A program made the translations under genes and the position numbers. Positions 42,757 to 52,262 of a stretch of DNA of 56,076 nucleotides are shown here, piece after piece (the first letter of the stretch is position 1; each line of letters opens with the position of its first letter). This DNA is from a virus (lineage: Duplodnaviria > Caudoviricetes): IMG/VR virus record IMGVR_UViG_3300024240_000004, positions 1-56,076 of that record. The stretch is one strand, 5' to 3'. The notes beneath the pieces are model-generated. The model worked only from the letters and a program-made list of their open reading frames with translations. It made no database searches and was not told the origin of the DNA.

Positions 42757-43157
42757 AGGGATTTAGAGACTCTTTCACCTGCCGAACGCTAATAGACGTA
42801 GAGCAAACGAAACGTAACAACTGATAGCTCTAATTAGAACGAGTGCAACGTCTAACAACTTGACGACACAACAAATGCCATATATTCTCTAAAGGAATAG
42901 ACGTAAACTTAATTAGGTAAGGCGAAGGCGGCGCGAACATCAGAACTGGATTAGTATGTAATTCATATAGAATGAAGACTAAGAAAACAAAATATTAATT
43001 TAATCATTTGGAACAAATTCAAAGATTATAAGAATATGGCGGAAGTAAAAGTTGTGTTTAAAATAAATAGAATTTTAAAAGTTGTACATTTAATTGTGAA
43101 ATTAAACTCGGTATAACTTTAAATAGAGTAGGGTTTTAAATACTCTACTCTTTTTTT
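42757..43157 (+). ncRNA. candidate ~400-nt structured non-coding RNA
   Basis: No ORF >=60 aa; nested long-range complementary segments; ends in terminator. Confidence 0.5.
43125..43157 (+). terminator. intrinsic terminator
   Basis: AGAGTAGGGT/ACTCTACTCT plus T-run. Confidence 0.75.
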
Positions 43158-43172
43158 ATAATTATAAGGAGT

Positions 43173-43457
43173 TTGATAATGCCAAAGACTAAAAAAGAAC
43201 TACGAAAAGAATTGCAGGTTTGTTTAGACGAAAAAGAAAAGTTGGAAAACTTTCTTGAAAATGTTTTGCAATTCAATACTTCGCTAAAAGAAAAGATAGA
43301 ACAAATGGAATCAGATTTTAATTTCTTAAAGTTTGAATCGGACGGTAAAATTGCTTTACTTATCGAAGTTAATAAAAAATTTCAAAAGGATATTGAGGAC
43401 TTGAAAAAAGAAAATGAAACTTTAAAAGAAAATATAAGGAATGAATTTAGTGATTAG
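43173..43457 (+). CDS. coiled-coil protein
   Basis: SD AAGGAG; heptad pattern. Confidence 0.6.
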   Translation: MIMPKTKKELRKELQVCLDEKEKLENFLENVLQFNTSLKEKIEQMESDFNFLKFESDGKIALLIEVNKKFQKDIEDLKKENETLKENIRNEFSD

Positions 43458-44142
43458 ATTTGCGCCGGAAAATTATCCGACTTCTATAACAATTGAAATA
43501 TCTGAAAAGGATATTGATTTTAACGAACTCGAAAAAGAAATGCAAAAAATAGACGCTATTTTAAAAGAGTATAATTTAAAAAGAAATAGTAAAGAACTTT
43601 TTGAAAAATATTTGAATGACGCCGAATTCCGTAATAAAATTATTAATCAAGATATGATTAAAGAATTAAATGACAAATACGAACGTTTAAGTAATGAATG
43701 TTTACGCGATATTCAAGAAATAAATAAAGAAGTAGAGCCTATGGAAACTACAATTCCCGCTCCAAAAGATCCATCTGAATTAATGCAATATAAAGTGGCG
43801 TTATCAGAAACACAAAAAAGATATATAATATTAGAAGGTAAGTGTTTACGCTTAGAAGATATGAATCAAAAATTACAATCCGAATGCGAACGCTTAGAAA
43901 AGGATTGTAAAACGATGGCGGAAAGTCATAGCGAAATAGTGGAAGAGAACGAATCTTTAAATCAAGAAAAAGAAAGAATATCTAAAATCCTTAATGACGT
44001 TAATTTAAGAAGGTTAAATGCTATTTCTGAAAATAACGATTTAAAGAAAGAAAAAGAAGAGTTAGAAAAAGAAAATAAATATTGGAAAAAATTCATTGAT
44101 GAATTTTATAAAGGCGTCGAAAACCAAAGGGCGCACTTATGA
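43441..44142 (+). CDS. coiled-coil protein
   Basis: 233 aa, Glu/Lys heptads. Confidence 0.65.
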   Translation: MNLVIRFAPENYPTSITIEISEKDIDFNELEKEMQKIDAILKEYNLKRNSKELFEKYLNDAEFRNKIINQDMIKELNDKYERLSNECLRDIQEINKEVEPMETTIPAPKDPSELMQYKVALSETQKRYIILEGKCLRLEDMNQKLQSECERLEKDCKTMAESHSEIVEENESLNQEKERISKILNDVNLRRLNAISENNDLKKEKEELEKENKYWKKFIDEFYKGVENQRAHL

Positions 44143-44384
44143 ACTTAAAATCTGAAATAGAAAAAGAGTTGGAATATTGTAATGAGAGACTACAATATAT
44201 AGATAAGTTAATGAACATGGCGTCTATTCTTGATATGGTTAAATCTAATATGAGTAAAGATTATATTAATTTAAAACATTGGAAAATTGATTTACTACGA
44301 ATGCTAACTGATTTGGAAATACACTCAGAAAAGAATCAAATAGACAATTGCAACGTTGGCGAAATCGGAGACGAATTAAAATAA
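44139..44384 (+). CDS. hypothetical protein
   Basis: ATGA coupling. Confidence 0.55.
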   Translation: MNLKSEIEKELEYCNERLQYIDKLMNMASILDMVKSNMSKDYINLKHWKIDLLRMLTDLEIHSEKNQIDNCNVGEIGDELK

Positions 44385-44450
44385 AGTTTTATATTTTGTG
44401 CTGAAACAAAGTAAGCCACGTATAAGGCTTTTAAAGCATACTTTATACGT

Positions 44451-44513
44451 CGCGCGGTAAATAAGATAAACGGTATATATACCCGAGAGTGTCGATTCAC
44501 TCACCGCGCGCTA
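44451..44513 (+). ncRNA. tRNA-like mini element
   Basis: GCGCGGT/ACCGCGC acceptor-like stem, GGTATATATACC hairpin, GAGTG-TCGATT-CACTC T-arm-like, 3' GCTA. Confidence 0.45.
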
Positions 44514-44529
44514 AATATTGGAGTAAATA

Positions 44530-44715
44530 ATGACGCGAGACGAATTAATTCAAACTAAAAGTTATTGGACGGCATTAGTCAGAGAACAACTATACAATCA
44601 TACCAAAGTGAAAGAATCAATGGTAGAGGATGTTGCTAAACAAGTTGTCGATAATTTTTTTATGTTATGTATTAAAGAACTAATAGAATTAAAAAATGAA
44701 ACTAAGCAAGATTAA
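44530..44715 (+). CDS. hypothetical protein
   Basis: SD TTGGAG, 61 aa. Confidence 0.55.
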   Translation: MTRDELIQTKSYWTALVREQLYNHTKVKESMVEDVAKQVVDNFFMLCIKELIELKNETKQD

Positions 44716-45316
44716 ATCTAATCCAAATAATCCAAGACTAATTAAAGACGTTAAGTTTTTAAAGTTAGTAAAGAGTATATTGACTTTTCCTGAAATGCTT
44801 ACTTTGCGTCCGATTGTCTTAGACGAATCTAATATAATCTTAGGCGGTAATATGCGATTTAAGGCATTAAAACATATCATGCCATTAGATATATCAAAAG
44901 AAATAGAATCGTTTGAATTAGAGCCTGAGCGTTCGCAATTTCTTATTAACTATTGGAATGAATTCAAAGTAAATCAAGACGTTCCATTTTTACAAGCAAA
45001 AGATTTAACAAAGGAACAAAAGAAAGAATTTATAATTAAAGATAATGTTTCGTTTGGCGAAAATGACTTTGATATATTAGCGAACGAATGGAACGAATCA
45101 GACTTGCAAGACTGGGGAATGGAATTGCCGATATTTGATACAGAACTTTTAAATGAAAAAGATTATGAGACAAAAGAACCGGATAAAAAAGATTTATCAG
45201 ATAGTTTGACAACTGAATTTGTTTTAGAAATTAGATTAGAATCGGAAATTGAACAAGAAAATTTATATAATGAAATGAATAGCAAAGGATATAAATGCCG
45301 AATTTTAACATTATAA
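44696..45316 (+). CDS. ParB N-terminal-domain protein
   Basis: IKSNPNNPR, RPIVLDE..ILGGNMRFKAL, IIKDN. Confidence 0.85.
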   Translation: MKLSKIKSNPNNPRLIKDVKFLKLVKSILTFPEMLTLRPIVLDESNIILGGNMRFKALKHIMPLDISKEIESFELEPERSQFLINYWNEFKVNQDVPFLQAKDLTKEQKKEFIIKDNVSFGENDFDILANEWNESDLQDWGMELPIFDTELLNEKDYETKEPDKKDLSDSLTTEFVLEIRLESEIEQENLYNEMNSKGYKCRILTL

Positions 45317-46371
45317 AAGAAATAAATCCTATAGAAACATTTAGAGTAGCAAGTATAAAAGGTACTTATGATTTACAAACTTGCAATGTTAAAGAAGTAT
45401 TTACAGGCAATTTAGATATTAACTTTGATTACAATATTGGCGTAATAGTAGGTAATAGTGGCACAGGCAAAAGTACGATAGCAAAAGAATTATTCAAGGA
45501 TTCTTATTTTAATAAAAATGAATATGTATCTGAATCTATATTAGACGATATGCCTAAAATTAAATCTATTGAAGAAATTTGTCGTATGTTTAATACCGTT
45601 GGATTCAGTTCACCTCCAAGTTGGTTAAAACCATATAATGTTTTATCTAATGGCGAAAAGATGAGAGTAGATTTGGCAAATTGTTTATTGCAAGAAAAAG
45701 AACTAATTGTATTTGATGAGTTTACAAGCGTTGTCGATAGAAATATTGCACAAATTGGAAGTTTCGCCGTACAAAAAACGATAAGAAGATTAAACAAGAA
45801 ATTTATAGCCATAAGTTGTCATTATGATATTTTAGAATGGCTCGAACCGGATTGGATTTTTAATACTAATACAATGGAATTTAAAGACGTTAGGGGGTTG
45901 CTTCGGCGTCCACAAATCCAATTTGAAATATATGAAAGTACAAACAAAAGCTTTCATTGGAAATTGTTTAGTAAGTATCATTATCTAAGTCATTCTCATA
46001 ACAATGCGGCGAAAGTATATATACTTTTTATAAATGGTTGTTTAGCAGGTTTCAGCAGTCTAATGACTTTTCCACATCCAATAGCAAAAAATATGATTAA
46101 AGAACATCGTACAGTATTATTGCCAGATTATCAAGGTTGCGGATTTGGAGCAAAATTAAGAGACATTATTGCAAATCATATTGTAAACGATGGTAAAAGA
46201 TATATTACGACAACTTCAAATCCAAGTTTAATAAAATATATGCAAAAATCAAATAATTGGATATGCACTCGCAAAGGTAGAACAATACCAAGTAAAATAT
46301 CTAAATTATCAGTTAATAAAAGTATAGCAAAAGATAGAATAACTACAAGCTGGGAATATATAAAACTTTGA
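45295..46371 (+). CDS. ABC-type ATPase fused to GNAT acetyltransferase
   Basis: GNSGTGKST, LSNGEK, LIVFDE, SCH; GNAT motif RTVLLPDYQGCGFG. Confidence 0.85.
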   Translation: MPNFNIIKEINPIETFRVASIKGTYDLQTCNVKEVFTGNLDINFDYNIGVIVGNSGTGKSTIAKELFKDSYFNKNEYVSESILDDMPKIKSIEEICRMFNTVGFSSPPSWLKPYNVLSNGEKMRVDLANCLLQEKELIVFDEFTSVVDRNIAQIGSFAVQKTIRRLNKKFIAISCHYDILEWLEPDWIFNTNTMEFKDVRGLLRRPQIQFEIYESTNKSFHWKLFSKYHYLSHSHNNAAKVYILFINGCLAGFSSLMTFPHPIAKNMIKEHRTVLLPDYQGCGFGAKLRDIIANHIVNDGKRYITTTSNPSLIKYMQKSNNWICTRKGRTIPSKISKLSVNKSIAKDRITTSWEYIKL

Positions 46372-47027
46372 ATTATAAAGACCTATCCAATAATTCGATC
46401 GGTTTGATATTTAAAAATAATGATAAGTTCAAACCAAATAGCGATTACTTCTTAATTGACTTTACTCGCAAAAAGTTAATGACTCCAAATAGCATTGTAC
46501 ATTATTATGCGTGGGATAGGGACTTTCATACAATCAATACTAAGATTAAGTATATCAAGCATTTACAGAAATTAAAAGCGAACGGAATTAAAATAGTTTG
46601 TCAAACAGATTTTAGCGCGTGGTATTGGGAATATTCTGAAAGAAAGGCGGCAATTAAAAAGAACTTCGAGTATTTAGAAATTGCAAATAAGTTAGGATTT
46701 GAATTGATTCTAAACTTTAATAATATATTTGCAGATGACGTAGACAATTGGAAAGAGCAAATAAAAGACGCTAAGACTTGTATATTTGACTTTAACCATA
46801 AGGAATCTAAATACGCCGAACTTGAATTTAATGCACTTAGAAAGCTTTTAAGCATTGCTAAGATAAATCTATTCTTAGTCAAAACAAATAAGCGTTCAAT
46901 CCCAAAAGAATACAATGCGTTCTTTTCTCTATTGCGTGAATCGAATATCCGTATAGAGTTTTTACCAACTGAAATGAGCATATTAGAAATAAGAAAAAAG
47001 AAGTACTACAATGAAAATAGCAAATGA
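46368..47027 (+). CDS. DUF4417-like protein
   Basis: VHYYAWDRDF..KY..L..TDFS resembles the HFF.DDY.F/PDFS pattern. Confidence 0.55.
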   Translation: MNYKDLSNNSIGLIFKNNDKFKPNSDYFLIDFTRKKLMTPNSIVHYYAWDRDFHTINTKIKYIKHLQKLKANGIKIVCQTDFSAWYWEYSERKAAIKKNFEYLEIANKLGFELILNFNNIFADDVDNWKEQIKDAKTCIFDFNHKESKYAELEFNALRKLLSIAKINLFLVKTNKRSIPKEYNAFFSLLRESNIRIEFLPTEMSILEIRKKKYYNENSK

Positions 47028-47535
47028 TATGAAAAATAACATTGAGAAAGTGAAACCTATTGAAATGGATAATGAATTTATATTATTAGAACATAGAATA
47101 TCCAAAGTAAAAGAGGCTATGCTTATAGGTATGAGCACTCTTGACCTCATAAGACGTTTCAGTGAAAAGGAAATAGAGAGAAACGGTGAAATGGTTCCAA
47201 ACAAAAACTTCTTAGGAGTGTCGTCTCGTCAAGTTTATAACTATATGACTAAGGCAAAAAAGGAAATAGTACAATCAAGTCTATTTAATAAAGAAGAACA
47301 ATTAGGCAAAGCAATAAACAGATACGAAGTATTATTCAAAACGGCTATGAGCACTAATAAAGTCAAAGAAGCGATAGACGCTAATAAGGCTTTAACTGCT
47401 TTACTTGGATTAACGCCGGAACAAAAACTTGATATTCATTCGACAAACATAAATGGTAATTTAGAAATAAGCAAGGAAAGAATGATTGAACTTAAACCAA
47501 AATTCGATGAGCTTATTGCAGAATTATCTAAGTGA
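47011..47535 (+). CDS. terS: terminase small subunit
   Basis: HTH GVSSRQVYNYM, helical C-terminus, directly upstream of TerL. Confidence 0.65.
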   Translation: MKIANDMKNNIEKVKPIEMDNEFILLEHRISKVKEAMLIGMSTLDLIRRFSEKEIERNGEMVPNKNFLGVSSRQVYNYMTKAKKEIVQSSLFNKEEQLGKAINRYEVLFKTAMSTNKVKEAIDANKALTALLGLTPEQKLDIHSTNINGNLEISKERMIELKPKFDELIAELSK

Positions 47536-48895
47536 GAATTACGATAAGGACTTAATGGCTTTCTTATATAAGTCTTCAAAAGGTAAATATAAGTTTCCCG
47601 CTCATATCAAATTGATAATAAACGAATTAGAACAATTAGTTGAGAAAAAGAATCAAAGGATAATCGTTACCTTACCACCACGACATGGTAAGTCAGAGCT
47701 AATTTCTAAGTACTTCCCTGCGTGGCACGTAATTAAATATCCTGATAAACGAATATTATTAGCGAGTTATGAAAGTTCATTTGCGACATCTTGGAGTTAT
47801 AAAGCTCTACAGATTTATAAAGAGTATCGCAATGATTTAGTAATTGAAAAGCAAGATGACTGGCGTAATAAAAGTGGCGGGGGCGTTAATGCCGTAGGAG
47901 TTGGCGGTTCGATGACTGGAAAAGGAGCCGACTTGATTATCATTGATGACCCGGTTAAAAATGCAGAAGAGGCTAATTCAACTACGTATCGCAAAAAAGC
48001 GATGGACTGGTTTAATTCGACTGCTTATACACGTTTGGAACCGAACGGTAATTTTATAATATTACAGACGCGCTGGCACGAAGACGACTTAGCAGGGCAT
48101 TTAATTAAAGAAATGGAAGACGGCGGGGAATCTTGGAAAGTTATTAATATACCGGCAATTGCTTATCCGAATGATATATTAGGACGTGAGGAGGGTGAGG
48201 CATTATGGAGTGAACGTTTTCCTATTGAACGTTTAGAAGTTATTAAAAAGCAATTAGGCTCTTATTGGTTTAATTCTCTTTATCAGCAAAAACCTACGAG
48301 CAATGAAACTGAAATTATTAAACGGCAATATTGGCAATTCTTTGAAGAGGAGCCAACTTTCAATTTTATTTGTCAATCTTGGGACACTGCATTTAAAGAT
48401 GGAGAATTCAATGATTATTCAGTTGGTTTAACATTTGGACTTGCAAGCAATGGTTTTTATTTAATAGATTCTATTATTTCTAAATTGGAATATCCTGATT
48501 TAAAGAATCAAATTCTTTTGGCATCAAGTAAATATAAACCTAATGTAATTCTTATTGAAGACAAGGCGAGCGGACAAAGTTTAGTACAGGATTTAAAACG
48601 ATCGACGCGTTTACCAATATTGCCAATAAAACCTCAAGGCGATAAGACTACTCGAGTTTATTTAATAACTCCATTATTTGAAGCTAAGAAAGTCTTTATA
48701 AGATTAAACGATCCAAATACGGTAAGGATAATAAATGAATGTGCAGAGTTCCCTTTTTCTGCTCATGATGATATTGTGGACGCGATTAGTCAGGCTTTAA
48801 CTTATTTGAAGTATAAATTGAATAATACGGCTTCAAATAATAATTACATTCCTAAACGTGAAAGTCGAGAGAAATTTAATATTAATGGATTTTAA
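47486..48895 (+). CDS. terL: terminase large subunit
   Basis: PPRHGKS Walker A, LIIIDDP Walker B, QTRWH, SWDTA, IEDKASG, HDDIVDA. Confidence 0.96.
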   Translation: MNLNQNSMSLLQNYLSENYDKDLMAFLYKSSKGKYKFPAHIKLIINELEQLVEKKNQRIIVTLPPRHGKSELISKYFPAWHVIKYPDKRILLASYESSFATSWSYKALQIYKEYRNDLVIEKQDDWRNKSGGGVNAVGVGGSMTGKGADLIIIDDPVKNAEEANSTTYRKKAMDWFNSTAYTRLEPNGNFIILQTRWHEDDLAGHLIKEMEDGGESWKVINIPAIAYPNDILGREEGEALWSERFPIERLEVIKKQLGSYWFNSLYQQKPTSNETEIIKRQYWQFFEEEPTFNFICQSWDTAFKDGEFNDYSVGLTFGLASNGFYLIDSIISKLEYPDLKNQILLASSKYKPNVILIEDKASGQSLVQDLKRSTRLPILPIKPQGDKTTRVYLITPLFEAKKVFIRLNDPNTVRIINECAEFPFSAHDDIVDAISQALTYLKYKLNNTASNNNYIPKRESREKFNINGF

Positions 48896-48898
48896 AAT

Positions 48899-50497
48899 AT
48901 GAATGAACCGATTGTAAATGAAAAACCTTTAAAGTCGTGGAATCCGCCAAACAAACAAACAGAATTACAAAAAATACTTAATGTAATTGCTACTCGTAAA
49001 TCTTATACTGGCATTGCGCAACTAATGGCATATTTGCCTAATCCTGATTTAATCTTAGAAAAGATAAATCAAGAAATTGACGTCTATAAACAGCTTAAAA
49101 CCGATCCTCACATTTCCGCTTGCATTCAATCAAGAAAGTCCGGTATAATGGGTTTACTATGGAGTATCGATAGAGGCACAGAACCAACAGAGCAAAGTGA
49201 ATTTATCAAAGGAATATTTAAACATTTAGATATTGAAAGCATTATCAATAGCATATTAGACGCGCCGAGTATAGGCTATAAGCCTTTAGAAGTTATGTGG
49301 CAATTAAAAGATGATAAGATAATTCCTATTGCCGTTATCGGTAAGCCTGCGGAATGGTTTGTCTTTGATAATGAAAATCTTTTACGCTTTAAAATACGTG
49401 GTCAGGTACAGGGTGAGTTGATGCCGGCACGTAAGTTCTTAGTTGCTAAATTTAATCCGACTTATGAAAATCCTTACGGCGAAGGTTTCTTGTCTAAATG
49501 CTGGTGGTCTTGGACGTTTAAAAAGGGGGCTATGAAATTTTGGGTTCGCTTTATGGAAAAGTACGGTATGCCGATGCTTATTGGAAAATATGATAGAAAT
49601 TTAGCAGATGATTCAGCGAAGTCAGAATTATTTGAACAACTCGACGCCGGTATTCAAGATAATGTATCAATAGTTCCAAACGATACCGATATTGCTATGT
49701 TGGATACTTCAAAAGCAAGTTCGCCTGCTATTTTCCAAGACTATGCCCATTTTTGTAATAGTGAAATATCTAAGGCTATTTTAAGTCAAACATTGACTAC
49801 GGAACAAGGTGAGACAGGTTCTTACGCAATGTCTCAAACACATTTAGAAGTACGTCAAGATGTAGTGGATTCTGATAAAAGAATGGTAGAGACGACTTTA
49901 AATACTTTTATAAAGTGGATTATAGATTATAACTACACAGGCGTTATTGACTATCCTAAGTTTATTCTTTACAAACCTACAGACGTCGATCAAAATTTGG
50001 CAACGCGCGATCGTACACTTTGGGATTCAGGGTGGGTAAAACCTACGCAAAAGTATATAAATAAAGCCTACGAATTTGAAGAAGGCGAAATGATAGTAAT
50101 TGAAAAAGCAACGGCTAAAGGAGTTTTAGAACCGGACGTTACCGGAATAGCGCCACCAGAAAATCAAGTTATTACTGGTGGTATTCCAACGCCAGTTATA
50201 CCACAAGAACCATTTGACGAATTAGCTATTCCAAAAATCGAACCGATAAAAGATGATACGAACTTTGATATAAATACATTTTCTTTTAATGAACTTAATA
50301 ATATTCAAAAGGAAATGTTAAAACCTGCTCAAGATTTAATTGATAGCTCTCAAGATCAAGACGAATTAAGACAAGGATTACCTAAATTATATCCGCATTT
50401 AAAAGATGATGGAGTTTCAGATTTTATAATGAAATTATTAATAGCAGGACAGGTTGGCGGTGCAGTAGAAGTTTCTAAAAAATTACAAACTAAATAG
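48899..50497 (+). CDS. portal protein (Mu gp29/DUF935-like)
   Basis: DPHISACIQSRK, NPYGEG, FMEKYGMP, EISKAILSQTLT, GSYA..THLEVR.D. Confidence 0.93.
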   Translation: MNEPIVNEKPLKSWNPPNKQTELQKILNVIATRKSYTGIAQLMAYLPNPDLILEKINQEIDVYKQLKTDPHISACIQSRKSGIMGLLWSIDRGTEPTEQSEFIKGIFKHLDIESIINSILDAPSIGYKPLEVMWQLKDDKIIPIAVIGKPAEWFVFDNENLLRFKIRGQVQGELMPARKFLVAKFNPTYENPYGEGFLSKCWWSWTFKKGAMKFWVRFMEKYGMPMLIGKYDRNLADDSAKSELFEQLDAGIQDNVSIVPNDTDIAMLDTSKASSPAIFQDYAHFCNSEISKAILSQTLTTEQGETGSYAMSQTHLEVRQDVVDSDKRMVETTLNTFIKWIIDYNYTGVIDYPKFILYKPTDVDQNLATRDRTLWDSGWVKPTQKYINKAYEFEEGEMIVIEKATAKGVLEPDVTGIAPPENQVITGGIPTPVIPQEPFDELAIPKIEPIKDDTNFDINTFSFNELNNIQKEMLKPAQDLIDSSQDQDELRQGLPKLYPHLKDDGVSDFIMKLLIAGQVGGAVEVSKKLQTK

Positions 50498-50505
50498 GAT
50501 TTATA

Positions 50506-51258
50506 ATGAAAAGATTTTTTGGATGGAAAGCAGACTTACCAGATCATAGGGATTTAATCTATAAACTTCAAAAAAATTTGACAATCCCTACGAAAATGGA
50601 TTTACGTTCTAAGTGTCCGCCCGTATATGATCAAGGCGAATTAGGTTCTTGTACTGCAAATGCAATTGCCGGAGCTATTGAGTTCGATCAAATCAAACAA
50701 AAGTATTTAAAACCTTTTGTACCGTCAAGACTTTTTATTTATTACAATGAAAGAGTAATTGAGAATACAGTTAAATCAGACTCTGGCGCAGAAATTAGAG
50801 ACGGCATTAAATCCGTTGTTAATCAAGGCGCGTGCTCTGAAACTACAGTCTCTTATGATATTACTAAATTTGAAATAAAACCGCCTGCAAAAGCCTATAC
50901 GGAGGCTTCAAAATATCAAGCTGTAAAATATGAAAGACTAACCGATATAAATTCTTATAAGAATTGTTTAGCGGCGGGAAATACTTTTGTATTTGGATTC
51001 TCTGTTTACGAATCTTTTGAAAGCGATGCCGTCGCTAAAACGGGTATCGTTCCAATGCCAAAGAAAACAGAAAAGTTATTAGGCGGGCACGCAGTTCAAT
51101 GCGTAGGATATGATGATACTAAAAAAGCGTTTATCGTTCGCAATTCGTGGGGAGCGAATTGGGGAGACAAAGGCTATTTTTATTTGCCATACTCTTATTT
51201 CACGTCAAGTTTAACAGATGATTTTTGGACAATTTATACGATTGAACAAGGCAATTAA
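50506..51258 (+). CDS. papain-like C1 cysteine peptidase
   Basis: DQGELGSCTANA (Gln/Cys), GGHAV (His), RNSWG..WGDKGY (Asn). Confidence 0.93.
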   Translation: MKRFFGWKADLPDHRDLIYKLQKNLTIPTKMDLRSKCPPVYDQGELGSCTANAIAGAIEFDQIKQKYLKPFVPSRLFIYYNERVIENTVKSDSGAEIRDGIKSVVNQGACSETTVSYDITKFEIKPPAKAYTEASKYQAVKYERLTDINSYKNCLAAGNTFVFGFSVYESFESDAVAKTGIVPMPKKTEKLLGGHAVQCVGYDDTKKAFIVRNSWGANWGDKGYFYLPYSYFTSSLTDDFWTIYTIEQGN

Positions 51259-52262
51259 TGAATAGGTTAGAACTCCTATTTCAAATATCTAAACGACAAT
51301 CTAATCCGGCGGAATCTGAATTTGCAGATCCGCCGGACTTAGGCGTATCATTAGGTTTAGCTATTAAAGCAAAACCCGACACGGCTATTTCTATGCTTAA
51401 AAAGCGTGGTGAGAATATTATTCCTACCGATAAATTTGATAGTATAACAAACGACGCTCATCAAAAAGCGTTTACAGTCGCTAAGGTTATGAAAGCCGAC
51501 GCACTCCAAAGGATTTATGATTTATTGGAATCCGGTTTGAAAGAAGGAAAAGCCTTCGCCGATATAAAAAATAGTCTATCTGGCGAATTGCCGGAAGGAC
51601 GCATAAGAACAATCGTACAAACGAATTATCAAACCGCTTATCAAAAAGGACGTTATAACCAACAAAGATTAGCGGCTGAGACTGGCGGACTTATATATTG
51701 GCAATGGCTACATATGAACGAAGGTAGGACTCACGAACGACCAGAACACCACGCTTTACATTTAAAAGTGTTTAGATATGATGATCCGTTTTGGACAACG
51801 AATTATCCACCGTATAGTGCACAAGGAGTGTTATATAATTGTAATTGCCGTGTAAGAGTTATAAACGAGAAGCAAGCTAAAGCCGCAGGATTTAAAATAG
51901 AGACTGGAGAGGAGGCTGGCTACATTCCACAACCTGATGATTATAATGCATTTGCAGATTGGACGCCAGACTTGAGTGGCTATATGGAGGATCTAAAAAC
52001 GGAGCTAAGTAAGGACTTAAAAGCCGAACCAATTGAAGAAATTCCAGTTAAAGAATTGCCAAAAGATACAACTGAAACTACAGACGAAATTCCTACAGAT
52101 TTACCAATAGGAATGACCGACAATGAATTTTTGAATATAAAACGAATGCTAACTGATGATAAATTATTAACAGTTGCTTTCTTGGCCTCTTATATGAAAA
52201 TAAGTAAAGACGAAGCTAAGGAAAAATTAGATTATGTTAAATCTAAATTAGGCATAGAATGA
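51258..52262 (+). CDS. minor head protein (Mu gpF/SPP1 gp7-like)
   Basis: AFTVAK, RIRTIVQTN..TAY, RPEHHALH, DDPFW..NYPP, NCNCRV. Confidence 0.9.
   Translation: MNRLELLFQISKRQSNPAESEFADPPDLGVSLGLAIKAKPDTAISMLKKRGENIIPTDKFDSITNDAHQKAFTVAKVMKADALQRIYDLLESGLKEGKAFADIKNSLSGELPEGRIRTIVQTNYQTAYQKGRYNQQRLAAETGGLIYWQWLHMNEGRTHERPEHHALHLKVFRYDDPFWTTNYPPYSAQGVLYNCNCRVRVINEKQAKAAGFKIETGEEAGYIPQPDDYNAFADWTPDLSGYMEDLKTELSKDLKAEPIEEIPVKELPKDTTETTDEIPTDLPIGMTDNEFLNIKRMLTDDKLLTVAFLASYMKISKDEAKEKLDYVKSKLGIE

Noticed and set aside
45295-46371. ABC transporter (host-derived metabolic gene)
   Set aside because: No permease or TM partner; fused to GNAT in a packaging context
45504-47204. Minus-strand ORFs opposite ABC-GNAT, DUF4417-like and terS genes
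   Set aside because: Antisense shadows of well-supported plus-strand genes
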